DNA of 64,000 bases from Octopus vulgaris (taxonomy: Eukaryota), in contig OX597829.1 of NCBI GenBank assembly GCA_951406725.2, forward strand, positions 25,606,001 to 25,670,000. Direction: 5' to 3'. The notes under the pieces were generated by a model. The model had not been told where the DNA came from. It saw nothing but the letters and a program-made list of their open reading frames with translations, and did no database searches. Positions 40,800-54,832 of the stretch are shown here, one piece after another (position 1 is the first letter of the stretch; each line of letters begins with the position of its first letter). Made by a program: the position numbers and the translations under genes.

Positions 40800-40802
<3 letters not shown>
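40403..40802 (-). mobile_element. SINE family B, young
   Basis: Nearly identical to 59165-59572; A-box TGGCTGTGTGG, B-box GGTTCAGTCC, CORE-like CTTGGGCAAGTG. Confidence 0.9.
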
Positions 40803-40876
<74 letters not shown>

Positions 40877-41083
40877 ATGTGTGTGTTTGTGATTATATAT
40901 ATATATCTATTTATATATATGTTTATATATATATGCATATATACATATGTTTATAATTATATATATATATATATATGCATATATATGTATATGCCTATAT
41001 ATATGTTTATATTTATATATATATGCATATATGTTTATATATATATATATATGTATACATATATATAGATGCATATACATGTT

Positions 41084-41114
<31 letters not shown>

Positions 41115-41294
41115 AGATGCATATACATGCTTATATATAGAGATGCATATATATATGTTATATATATATATATATATATATATATGCTTATATATATATA
41201 TATATATATTACACACATATAACAAATACACATATATGCAAATTCATGTCATCTATCCCCAGATGTATACGTATACAGTGTGCATATACATACA

Positions 41295-41350
<56 letters not shown>

Positions 41351-41697
41351 TACATATATATATTTAATGTGTGAATGATTGTATATATATATAAGTGTGT
41401 CTGTATGTGTATAATAATCCAATTAATAACCTAATGATTACAATTATGCTGCTACCATAGTAACAGTGTTTATACCATCAGATGTTTGTAGTAGAAGCAG
41501 CTGATGTTTGTTCGTTTATTCGTAATAAATAATTCTGTTGAGAGGAGACGGACTGCACTACATGTACACAGACACACGAATATTCACCAATGTTTATATA
41601 TACATATGCACATAAATATGTGTGTGAATGTACACATATATATATATAATACATATATACATACATATAAACAAACACACACACACACGAACTCACA

Positions 41698-41782
<85 letters not shown>

Positions 41783-41868
41783 GAAATTTGTAGAAAAACA
41801 AAAGACGAAGACAGGTGTATGAAACAACAGGCAAGTGTATTAGTTTGACGCTCGGGGAAAATGAAAGT

Positions 41869-41904
41869 CTTTTACGTTTCGACCCTTCACTCTTCAACAG
41901 AAAG
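41869..41904 (-). ncRNA. Degenerate minimal hammerhead motif
   Basis: Minus strand: CTTT-CTGTTGA-AGAGTGAAGGGTC-GAAA-CG-TA-AAAG; flanks resemble the 33313 element (TTCCCCGAGCGTC vs TTCCCTGAGCATC). Confidence 0.55.
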
Positions 41905-41926
41905 GAATACGAGAAAATAAGCAGAG

Positions 41927-42015
<89 letters not shown>

Positions 42016-42070
42016 ATAAACACACACACACACACACACACACGTATGTACTTATATATCTGTGTACCTG

Positions 42071-42104
<34 letters not shown>

Positions 42105-42105
42105 A

Positions 42106-42566
42106 CTAGCTTAAGGGGACCCGCTCTACGCGTGGGTGAAGGTGTGGTTGTTACTTTCTGTTGCTTCCTTTCTGTTTCTTATCGCCACATTCTCCCTCTT
42201 TGTTTTTCTCTCCTTTCTCTCGGACTCTCCCTCACTTTCTCTTACTCTCTATCTTTCTCTATCTATCTCTCTCCCATTTATAAATTAGATTTCCGCGTTT
42301 AAATTACAAATCCACTTCCATGTTGAAAATTTGATTGAAATCGGGTAAAAGGTGTCCAGTCTAGACCACCAAGTGTCCTCAAAAATCAATAAAATCCCCA
42401 TTTTCACAGCAAAGCAACCACTGTAGCGCCCCCAAAATGTCTCCCAATCAATTTCTCACCTCAAGTTATCCCCTCCTGTAAATTTTAATCCCCTTCCAGC
42501 CCCATTTAGATCCTCTTTTACATAAAAATCCAATTTGGATCAACGTTAGCTTTCTTCATTTTTAGA
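42106..42566 (-). mobile_element. Non-autonomous Helitron, with a second Helitron 3' end starting at about 42572
   Basis: Minus strand starts A|TCTAAAAATG and ends with hairpin ACCCACGCG...GCGGGT followed by CTAG|T; second hairpin CCCGGGCTTGCTCGGG at about 42580. Confidence 0.65.
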
Positions 42567-42802
42567 TTAAACAGATATACCCGGGCTTGCTCGGGATTAA
42601 AATAGTTTATTATTCTTTTACTTCTTTCGGTATTATAACCCGATTTCATTCGGGTCTACGCGGGCCACATTTTAAAAGATGAGGAATTTTGCCCTAGATC
42701 CATGCCTTTCAACTAAACAAACTCAGAGTTGGCATGCAAACTCACTAGCACTTTTGACATAAGTGTGCATATTTTCAGTTCAATCCGACCACATATGCAC
42801 AC

Positions 42803-42898
<96 letters not shown>

Positions 42899-43523
42899 CA
42901 CACGCTTTAAATATGTACATATATACGCATTATATATACATGTCTACATATATATATAAATATACACACACATATATATAAATATATACATTTTATATAT
43001 ATATACATATATATATATGTATACACATTATATATATATATTTATATACACACATATATATATATATAAATTAACACATATATCTGATTAATAATATGTT
43101 ATGATTGTGTGATGGTGGTGGGCGATAATAATTCACCGTTCTAAAAGACCTTTGGCGGGAATATTTAAACTTTTGCGGCTGTCAACGCTTTCTCTCTATA
43201 GATACAGACATACGTACGGTGAGAGAGGTGGTGGGAGAAAGAGCGACAGAGAGACGAAGCTGTCAAATGTCGTTATAGAGATAAAGTGGAGGGAAGGAAG
43301 GAAAGATAGAGACGGAGGAAGACAGGGTGATATCCGAAAGCGAGAAACGACAAACACATGTCAAAGTCTGGGTTTTGTTGCCCTAGTAACCACAGCTTTT
43401 GAGATAGGAGTTTCTAACCTAGTCCAGTCGCTTCCTCGCCTCTTTTTACACGTCCCTGTAAATTTTGGAGCTAAACCGTTCCCATCCCGAAATAAGACAA
43501 GCACATTTTTTGCATTTCAGCTT

Positions 43524-43569
<46 letters not shown>

Positions 43570-44127
43570 TGTGTGTGCGTGTGCGTGTGTGTGTGTATGT
43601 ATGTGCGTGTGTCTTTGTGTATGTGTTTGTCCACACTCCCATCGCTTGACACTCGATGCTGGAGTGTTTCCAACCCCATAATTTTGTGGTTCGGCAATAG
43701 AGGCCGATAAAATAAGTACTAGGTCCTGGGGTCAATTTCTTCAACCGAAATAAAACCCTTTTTGGGCGGTGCTCCAGCATGACCGAAGTCAAATAGCTGC
43801 AACACGTAAAGGAATAAACGAATAAAAGGACTTTCTATTTCTTATTCTACTCTATGTATGTATGTATGTATGTATGTATGTATGTATGTATGTATGTATG
43901 TATGTATTTGTAGATATATGTACATATGCATATATATGTATATGAAAAAAACCACATCTGGAATCACACACACATTCATGCACTTACACGCACACGCACA
44001 CACTCATAAACACATACACACTGACAGCATTGTTTATTTCTTGTTAGTATGTATTATTTCATTATATCACAGCTGTTTTAAGATAGTTCAAACAGTTTAC
44101 TATGCTGATATTATGAAGGGAGCACAC

Positions 44128-44234
<107 letters not shown>

Positions 44235-44294
44235 CACACATTCACTTGCACACATAGACACATATGCTTGAAAGCACACATTTGTGGGCAATAT

Positions 44295-44692
44295 GGGTGC
44301 AGACACGGCTATATGGTTAAGAAGTTCATTTGACATCCATGAGGTTTCAGGTTCAGACCTTCAGCATGGTACCTTGGACAAAAGAGTCTTTTAGTATACC
44401 CCTGGGTGCTACAGTGTCTCGTGCGAGAATTTGGTAGATGAAAACTGTGTGAAAGGCCGTTTTGCATATACACCAACACACACACACACACACCAGTGTG
44501 TGTGCCTTTGTATTGTGTTTGTTGTTCCCACTTGTTGACAACTACTGTCGGTTTATTTACATTCTTCTAACATCTATAGATCGATAGAACAAGTACCTGA
44601 CCTAAAACAAGTACTGAGGTTGATTTGTTTAACTAAAAGCCATCAAAGCAGTGCTCCAGCATGGCAGCAGTCCAATGACTGAAACAAGTCAT
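44295..44692 (+). mobile_element. SINE family B, older copy (related tail at 43590-43830; family-A fragment at 44795-44925)
   Basis: Head, CORE-like and GTGCTCCAGCATGGC...ATGACTGAAACAAG tail motifs. Confidence 0.7.
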
Positions 44693-45481
44693 TATACACT
44701 CATGCTGTCTCATCCATTAATGTGTGTGTGTATGTGTGCGTGCGCGTGTATGTAATTTCTACTGTTACTCTAAAACAATACTATGGTTGTAGTCCACCGA
44801 GGTCGACTTTGCCTTTCATCCTGTCGGGGTCGATAAATTAAGTACCAGTTGCATACTGGGGTCGATCTAATCGACTGGATCCCCTCCCTCAAAATTTCGC
44901 GCCTTGTGTCTAGAGTAGAAAAGAATATTATGGTTGTAATTCCAAGTTTAACAATTTGAGGGTTAATAGTTCATCCTCAATAGATCTAGATTACTTTGAA
45001 TAAGTTACAACTATATTTATTTCCTACTACAATGTTCTGTCTGTCTGTCTATATATCTATTAGCCTGTCTAACTATCTAACTATTTATTAGTCTGTCTCT
45101 GTTTCTATCTCTGTCTGTCTAATCATGTATCTATCACTCTTTCTCCCTGTCTTTGTATATCTACCTATATATATTTAACATGTATGCTGCATCTGGAACT
45201 CACAGTGGATCGTGCACATAAGTATATAATTTCATGTACATGTATATCTATGTGCGTGTATATATTGATGTGCTCATGAACATGTATATGTAAGCATTTG
45301 GACCATACCCGTATATGCACGGATATTTCGGGGAGTGACTGTATATGGTATAAAGACGGATGTACGGATCTCAATCCTACTTGGTGTCCTTAATATCAAA
45401 ATATTAAATTCAAATGAATCCTACAAATAATTATATATGAAACCATAAACAAGCATATAAACATCTATTGGTATATTTTGT

Positions 45482-45563
45482 TCCTTCTGAAGATATTAAA
45501 CAAAGTAATTTGAACTTAATATCTAATTAATTCACTGTGTATAATTGAAACAGCTGTAAGGGA
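45482..45563 (+). ncRNA. Minimal type I hammerhead ribozyme with intact core
   Basis: TCCTT-CTGAAGA-TATTA...TAATT-GAAA-CAGCTG-TA-AGGGA. Stem I TCCTT/AGGGA, palindromic stem III CAGCTG, predicted cut after A45558. Confidence 0.75.
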
Positions 45564-45629
45564 TAATGTTCGATTTGTTGTTTATAATAAACTCTTAACT
45601 TCACAATCACCATTTTCTTCCTCCTCTTC

Positions 45630-45697
<68 letters not shown>

Positions 45698-45728
45698 TAT
45701 ACACACACATACACACTTACGCACACAC

Positions 45729-45791
<63 letters not shown>

Positions 45792-46320
45792 GATAGAAGT
45801 GTTGACATTAGTTTTTACAACTTATATTCAAATACACATTTCGCTAAATGTTCCATTGTCATTCTTAAATTTTCCGCAAAATAATGTCAATTCAGCATAC
45901 ATATATCTATGTATAGATTTTAAATATTCAACACCATCATCCCCACAGGTACCTATCATCGTCTCTATCATATCACCAACTCCTTTACCTGCACTTCCTG
46001 CAACGTCGTTTACTGTATTTTCTGCTCTTTCTGCATTTCTCTGTACATCGGTCATTTCCACTCTACCTGTAATTCACTACACCATTCGTCTTTCTTCGAA
46101 CTGTCTTTGCACAGGGGCTATCCGGGAACAGGAAGTGATCTTCTCTCTTCCCTCCTTTGCGCAACATGGGCTCAACTCCCCTCCTCTCTTCATCTGACTC
46201 CCCTCCTCTCCTCATCTGACTCCCTTCCTCTCTTCACTCCTACCCACCTCCTCTCTGCATTGATGTGCATACATACATACATACATACATACATACATAC
46301 ATACACACATACATACATAC

Positions 46321-46892
<572 letters not shown>

Positions 46893-46894
46893 GT

Positions 46895-46946
<52 letters not shown>

Positions 46947-46956
46947 GTATGTGTGA

Positions 46957-46992
<36 letters not shown>

Positions 46993-47079
46993 GTGTGTGT
47001 GAATGTATATATATATATAAATAAATAATGCACACACACACACACTGATTATGACCCTGACTCCATAACTCTAAATCCA

Positions 47080-47500
47080 ATTTTAACTGTGCATTTCTGA
47101 TAGAATGTCCATTCTTCATTATCACATGCAGCAAATGTTTCCTCTTACACCAAGTTTATCTCTCAGCTGACCTGCACCTCGTCATTCATGCACACTAATA
47201 TTGCCTATCTAGTGAAGCTTGCTTGCCTACTTTATTTCTGACTTTTATACATTCTCTCGTTTTTAGTTCTCACGTCGCAGTAGTATGCAGCGTAGCAGTT
47301 CGCGTATAAGGAACATACGTTCAATCTTTCGTTCTTGGGGAGAAAAACCTCTTATTGCCTGCAGAGGTAACACTCCATGAACTTTCGCACCCTCTTCTTT
47401 ATTCTGGTTATTATACTTTCAGAGAATGCTTCTTTACCGCTGATTTGGTTGCTCAGGTAACATAAGCTATCACTTACTTCTTTGGAGTCTTCCGGGCATT
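47080..47500 (-). pseudogene. RTE-type LINE reverse transcriptase C-terminal fragment
   Basis: EVSDSLCYLSNQISG...SESIITRI...LRDKLGVRG matches RTE EVVDSFCYLGDQIS...SESIAARI...LREKLGIRG. Confidence 0.7.
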
Positions 47501-47821
47501 GAAAGAATTTCTTTAACCGATGCATTGACAGCTAACAACTTCTGGTCGGGCATGTAGGCCAAAGAAAAAGGAAAAAAGCTGGTGTTGCTTCCATGGTATT
47601 AACACTCATGACCTGAGCTGACCGAGCCAAGCATTTAGAAGCCATCTTCAATTTGTCTTAAATCCATTACTCTTCTGATATCTGATATCTGATGGGTTGT
47701 GTGCGTCCAACGCTCTCACGAAACTTATATGGAAGTGTGTCAAAGTGTGATTCAGAGTATATGTAACTCCTACAAGATATGTTCAGGGCTGTTTTCTTTC
47801 GTTTGTCCTTTCACTACATGA

Positions 47822-47852
<31 letters not shown>

Positions 47853-48368
47853 TGTATGTATGTATGTATGTATGTATGTATGTATGTATGTATGTATGTA
47901 TGTATGTGTGTGTGTATGTATGTAGTATGTATGTATATATGTATGTATGCATGTATGTATGCATATATGTCTATGTATGTATGTATGTATGCATATATGT
48001 CTATGTCTGTCTGTCTGTCTGTCTGTCTGTATGTATGTATGTATGTATGTATGCATGTATGTATGTATGTGTGTGTGTATGTATGTAGTATGTATGTATA
48101 TATGTATGTATGCATGTATGTATGCATATATGTCTATGTATGTATGTATGTATGTATGTATGTATGTATGTATGCATATATGTCTATGTATGTATGTATG
48201 TATGTATATGAATGCATGTGTGCGCGCGTATAAATGTGAGCATAATTTTGGTAGTACAAACAGGTTAGATAGAACTCAAAACATGCGCATACATGTAGCG
48301 TTTATTTTTAATTGGCATAAATTACATGATTGAGTCACTTTGTAACCTCTGCCAATTAAAATTAAATC

Positions 48369-48400
<32 letters not shown>

Positions 48401-48514
48401 TGTATGTATGTATGTATGCATGTATGCATGTATGCATGTATGTATGTATGTACATATATATATATATATATATGTGTGTGTGTATAATATATGTATGTAT
48501 ATATATGTGTATAA

Positions 48515-49030
48515 ACCCAGTACAACCTGTTGCATGGTCGGGTCGTCGGCGACTAAACCGGCAACCCCACCAAGCTTGCTTGGTGAGGAAGGTGTTTATT
48601 GGACACCCTGCGGGGTGAAAAACAAAACCCGTCAAAGGGCGGAGGAACTCTTTAGAGTCAACGGCCATCCAATAAATGTCTTAAGGCTGTATCATGCGCG
48701 GGGAACATAGAAATAATCGGACTGAATACCCGATCGCGCGGTTAAACCATTGGTAGTGAAGGACTCCTAGCCTTTGTTAGGGCATCCTTCTAGGAGAAGG
48801 TAACTCAGGTAACTGGGATAACTCCGACATAAAACCTGCGGCTCAGTGGTTACCGATGATGTTGACTTGTTCTTTTCGGGTTATGGCTGCTGTTGCTTAG
48901 TGAGTGGGATTGACTCAGTGCACAGCCTTTCCTCACTTTAAAAAATCTTCTTGTACAGGCATTGCATGATAACAACATTGATTAAGCTTCGTGCAATAGC
49001 CATACTTGATAATGAGGGGGCAGCCACCAT
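48515..49030 (+). mobile_element. RTE-like LINE 5' UTR fragment, GC- and CpG-rich, between microsatellites
   Basis: Motif GGGCATCCTTCTAGGAGAAGGTAACTC resembles RTE 5' UTRs; hairpin CACCAAGC-TT-GCTTGGTG; HDV-like fold at the 5' edge. Confidence 0.5.
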
Positions 49031-49054
49031 ATGTGTGTGTATATATAAATATAA

Positions 49055-49129
<75 letters not shown>

Positions 49130-49234
49130 CGGAAACATATTTGTAAATAATATTATTCTTATAATATACAACATGTATATAATATAATATAGAAGCGAAA
49201 AAAGAGATTAAACCGTATGGCATATTACCAGTCA

Positions 49235-49851
49235 ATGTACGTCACTGGCCGAGAAGGAATATAAGAGACGCCATGACAATATAGCAAGGCTTGTCTATTG
49301 GACACTTTGAAACAAGTATGGAGTTGGCAGAGCAAAAAATTGGTGCTACCATGAACCCAAAGGCATCATCGAAAATGACAATGCAAAGATCCTGTGGGAT
49401 TTTATGATTCGGTGCGCCATGAGATAGAGAATAGGAAGCCAGACATAGTCTTAATTGAGAAAGAAAGCGACCTATGCTGGATCATAGATACAGCATGACT
49501 AGCTGACAACAAGGTATGCGGTAAGGAAAAAAGAAAAGTCGATAGATACGACAGGTTAGATTGGGAGTTTAAGCAGTTGCGGTCGATGAAAAAGGTAGTA
49601 GTAGTACCAATAATTGTCGGAGCACTGGAACAGTGAGTAAAAATCTTGAGAAGTACATGGAACAAATAAGGGCTGCAATAAGGGCGGAGCAGTTGCAGAA
49701 AACAGTACTGCTTGGAACCGCTCGAATACTCCGGAAGGTGCTCGAAAAATAAGGGTTGTTACCTTAGTTCTCTGGTAGTGAACAGCTGACATCGTAACAT
49801 CTCCAGCGTAAGAAGCTGTGCAAAGGCAATGATAATAATGATAACAACAAT
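49235..49851 (+). pseudogene. 5'-truncated R4/Dong-like non-LTR retrotransposon (restriction-like endonuclease domain)
   Basis: EYKRRHDNIARLVYW...KILWDF...RKPDIVLIEK...VVVPIIVGALGTV...LQKTVLLGTARILRKVL, stop at 49750-49752, short 3' UTR and degenerate (TAA)n tail. Confidence 0.85.
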
Positions 49852-49859
49852 CCTTAGAT

Positions 49860-50845
49860 GAATTTATAAACAATTATTGCATTGCTACGCGCGTTTCCAC
49901 AAATCACAAGACTCTTAAGATCACAGTCCGTATTCCTGGGATGATTACAGTGTAGTCCGTAGTATCCGTGGGCATCAGGTTAATCGTCATCATGGATTAA
50001 TTTCTTCGGGTGATATGACATTTGTGGATGTACAACAGAGCGATATGTATCTCTTTTTACCAGTTAAGCGAGTTATGTGGCTATTTCTGTGTCTTTTGGG
50101 TGGGAAGGAGGAGAAGGTGATGGAAATAGAGGAAGGAATTGTAATTATATGGGGTTGCAGGTGTTTGGTGGTTTTGGACTTAATTTGCTCTTCATTCAGC
50201 AGATGTTAAGGATGGATAGGTGGCACATTCCTTTGATTTCATTTATGACATAACTATCTTCAATAAATTCTGAACTCAACAAGTCATCAGGTATTGCTGC
50301 TATATTTATCAGTTGCTGTGGTTTGCTAACTGAATTGATAAATGCTACTTTCTTAAGGTAACGTTTTCATTGTTCCTGGTGGTATAATGTATAGCATCTG
50401 AAATACTGGTTGATTTGCTTATTTGTTTTGGTTCCTTCACTGATATTTTGTTCTTATGTTTACATATGTCCAGCTCAGTGCCTATTTATCACGTTTTCCC
50501 GGGATGTGGTTATTTCCAGGGTTTCCTCTAGGCACAGGTTGCGTATCCGTGATGTTCCGTTATATGGTGCTGCATTTTTTTATAATGGACAAGTGGATCG
50601 TATGTTCTATTACATTTTGTTGCAACCGCCAGACAAAGTCCGATAGAGATGTGAAGTGTCTTTTATTTGTATTAGAAAATGATGAGAGATAATTCCGCAT
50701 AAGATTTTTCATAGTGTTTCCGGGACTACCAATGTACACGTATTTCTGCGTAGCTATCTTCATGTCACATTTGTATACTACATTCCTTATCATGCAGTTG
50801 TTGTTAAATTTGCATTCCCCTTTACGTCTGAAGTTACACGTGATA
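49860..50845 (-). mobile_element. Penelope-like element 3' portion: GIY-YIG endonuclease pseudogene (about 50440-50845) plus pseudo-LTR
   Basis: CNFRRKGECKFNNNCMIRNVVYKC...YVYIGS...TSLSDFVW, then with frameshifts AAPYNG...NLCLEE and TEL.ICKHKNK; hammerhead motif downstream. Confidence 0.85.
49881..49984 (-). ncRNA. Decayed hammerhead ribozyme in the Penelope pseudo-LTR
   Basis: Minus strand: CTGATGC-CCAC...(long loop)...GTG-GAAA-CGCGCG-TA-GCAAT; A9 is mutated and stem I is imperfect. Confidence 0.65.
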
Positions 50846-52220
50846 TTTTTTTTTCTTCTCTATGATACTATTTCCCTTTCCTGATAGATTTCGACATTTC
50901 GTTATTTTCCTCGATCGGGCGATCTACCAGAGCAAACCAGTCAACAACTTTGACTGAATTTTACATAAAGCAATTGCTTTATAAGTTTGTTCAGAGTTGC
51001 CTCTCTTAGATACATCCCATTGTCAATAGTAAAAATGTTTGAAACATCGATGTCTTGGATTCCTGATAGATGGCGACACTGAACAGACCGGGAGTTTTCA
51101 CACCTTTTTACCATAAGAGAAATATTTTCTTCGCGGTAACTGTAGTGAATTTGCCTTTTAGTAGTTGAAATATGTCACAAACATATTTTAACTAACCTAA
51201 ATTTTGCTTATGCCTCAACACTGCTTGACGCTAATATTTCGTTATATATATGTTTGTATACATACATACATACATACATACATACATACATACATACATA
51301 CATACATACACACACATATGCATGCATGCATGCATGCATGTATGTATGTATGTATGTATGTATGTATGTATGTATGTATGTATGTATGTATGTATGTATG
51401 TATGTATGAATAGTGTTATAAGGATCATACGAACGAAACATGTTACATAGCTAACTGTTGAACGCAAGTCTCGTACTCTTACATTTGAAAGTGTAGCTCA
51501 CCAAAACCTTACAATTCCGATAGTTGGTTCCAGTCTAGATTCAAGTTAGGCGACTCGCCCTGATTATCAGCCAATCAGTTTGCTGCAATATCCCGCCATA
51601 TAGAACTTAATCGAAGGTTCTATGGCCTTTTCACGCCCTTTTCTCGGCATCAATCCTGTTTCACGCCAAGAATAGCGTCAGTGGTTTGAGAGCCACCAGA
51701 AAAATCAAACTTCACCTCTTGCTAAGTTTACCCTGCCGAGTCCGGCTAGAAATGAAAATAATTCTTTTCCTTGATCACAAACCAATTGTCCCCCACTTCT
51801 CGAGCCTTACTAACTATATGCTATGTATATTTGTTACGCTGAGGCTAGAGTCTATCTTCTACATTCTCTACCAGCAGTTATTAGAACTTTATAATCAATT
51901 GTGCTCTTGTTCAATAAATCGTGCAGTAGCAGGGGTCATGGAAATACGGAACGAAAAAAAGTTAAGAGGAGCTATTTAAGGAAGAAAGGATAATTTGTAT
52001 ATTTATTGCATGTAAATCTTATTGCTGTCTGTGCAATAAATGATTCAAAATATACAATAACAATCTATACATTACTTAATATACATATCATTCGTTAAGA
52101 TTTAATTCTATCGAAATTGCAAGATCAGTATATAATTGCATATTCCTTATTACGCACTACTCCATCATGCTTACTATTAATGTAATATTAATGTTCACAA
52201 AACGATACAGAGAATATACA

Positions 52221-52364
52221 CAAATGGTTTTCAACTGGGGTTCACGTGACCTTTGGCGGTCCATATAAGATTTCGTGGTTAAAGTTTATATGCAATAAAT
52301 TGATTGTACTTCTTCAATACTTTAACAAAGTGGTCCAGAGGCAAAAAATGGCTGAGAACCACTG
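52221..52364. mobile_element. hAT (Charlie-like) MITE
   Basis: Ends ..ATGGTTTTCAAC / GCTGAGAACCACTG. Confidence 0.6.
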
Positions 52365-54832
52365 CTCCAGATGGTTTGAATTCCATTACAAATTAAACAA
52401 AAAAAACCAAAAAAAAACCAAACAAAAAACAAGCATCCACTGCTATTTTGCTAAGTTATTTTACTTCCACTCGCAATAATATATTTTATGATTTTAACAT
52501 TTCCCTTTGCTAAACACTTTATATTTCTCTTTATTTTTTCACTCTACTTTTTATTTCAAACTTTTTAACCATGTAATTCCTCTCTTCGCGCCGTTAACAT
52601 TTCTCTCTTTCTCTTCCTCTTCACCTCTCACTTCCACTTAATCACGTAACAGTTGACAGCATAACGTATCGGCTCACTCTCACAATCCTTCTCCTTCCCC
52701 CTCCCCTCTCACTCAATCCACCTCTCATTCACTCCTTTCCTCCCTCTTTCTAACAAACTAAAGCGTAACGTGTGAACGAACGAACGAACACACGTTCGTT
52801 ATGCTGTGACAAGCAACCGAAACAGTAACTAATAACAAAACACCAGCGAGCCTCCGGAATATACCCCTCAACTCACCCCCCCCCTTTTAAACAACGTGAC
52901 AAAAGAAATGTGCTGTTATTGGTGTTCAGTGAACTACGGTGCACAAGTTTTTATGCTGCCGGAAAGTAACGCATGCCAGCTTTGATGTCAGTTACATTAT
53001 CCAGAGACGATGATATCACCACTAATTATACAACACTTAAAAAGTATCACCTCATATTTCAATAGAGTGTGTTATAATAAAACAAAATATCGCTAATCAA
53101 TACATGATATATCAATGACAAAATGGCTTTACCAAAAAAGAAAAAGAAAAGAAAAACATCGATTTCATCGACAACAGCAACAATATGGGTTTCCATCCTA
53201 AACAATATAATCAACAAATTTTGAAGGGAGATCAGCCGATACCATCGGCTCCAGTTTTTGACTGGCATTTTATTTCATCGCTCCCGAATGGATGACAAGT
53301 AAAGTTGACCTCAGCGAGTTTTTGAACATAAAGCCGGAAAAAATATTGCAAATAATTTTTTTCCGACTAACTAGCAGTAGACAGCAGTATATATATATAT
53401 AATCCCAGATATTGAATACCATCGCTGAATGCAAATATCTCAATGTTCAAAGATCAGAATGTAATAGTTCCAAGCTTCGGGATACGTAATCTCAAGATGT
53501 TCAATATAAAATCAATCACAAAAAAACCAAATACTTTGATTTTTGTTGTACATTCTCTTTGATTTCTGTTGATTTTACCATTCATGTTCTTCTCTCTTAT
53601 TCTTTCATTTTTTTTTCTCCGCTTTCTTACTCTTTCTCTCTTTTCTCGTTGCATATCTCAGATGTTTTTACTTTTTACCTCTCCGTTGTGAATATTAATA
53701 ATTCATTGATTCAGCTTCCTCAAAATTCTCCCCCCCCCACTTCCCTTTCTCGCGTCTTCGCGTTTTCCTCTAAATCCATTTACCATTATCACTACAAACA
53801 CCGTCGCCGCTGCCACCACCACTGTGATGATTACAATAGCTCATACTTTAAAGTTACATCCCTTAGCATGACTTAAACGAACAAAAAATATGTACATAGT
53901 TACAACAGCATTAAACAAAGATGCTCAATAGTGTGTTACGCAGTTTTCCTTCATTATAGTTATGTATTGATATGTGTGTCACGAGGTGTAATTAACAGTC
54001 GTCATGGTGGTCATAATATGAAAGATGTGAGAAGCTGGAATAATGTTGCGTATACGAGATGTTGGTATAATATTGCGTATAATGCACGTACAACAATTAA
54101 CAGAATTTCATTTCAACGCACAAATATTTTCCATATTGGTCTTGAATTAAAAATGCAACAGCAAAATTTACTCACTGGAAGGACAATTCCGTAGTTATTA
54201 CAAATAGTTGAGTAAGCAATTTGCCGATTCGGTTTCGAATCTGCTACATGTCTATGTGTGTGGTCGAATGGTTAAGAACATAGCATCACAATCACAAGGT
54301 TCCGGATTGGATCCTTCAGCATGGTATCTTGAGCCGGTGCCTTATTATAAGCCTTGGTGGGGACCAAGCCCTGAGTATGGAATTAAATAGACGGAAACTG
54401 TATAAGAGTCGGTGTGCTTCCTATCATTTTGTGTAGTTTGCGTTACGGAATATCTCCTTAATCAACTGTCAACTATTACAGAATATTCCCTTAATACCCT
54501 TAATCAACGATGTCAGTAACTTTCGTAAGTTTCGCACTCTGCAACCCCGATCATAAGAAAAAAGTTTCTCTGTTACATACACTTGCACACTATGTTTTGT
54601 TGTTTTCCTTGTGGAAACAGACAGAAAATACTTTGATGTCAATTCTGCGAGAAATAATGGTACCACCTTCCTTTAAAGAATATTCGAATTTTTTATATAA
54701 ATCATGTCTAGAGCTTAATGACACAGTCAGGAATATCTGCAAGGGATGCTTTGCATGTTGTTGGAATATAATTCGAAGATACGTAGAATGTATACTTCTA
54801 GCTATTAGTTGTGTCATCTCCACATTTTAAGA

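Noticed and set aside
45828-46061. 77-aa non-repetitive minus-strand ORF (MEMTDVQRNAER...)
   Set aside because: No recognisable domain or splice signals; bounded by microsatellites and more likely part of an unclassified repeat.
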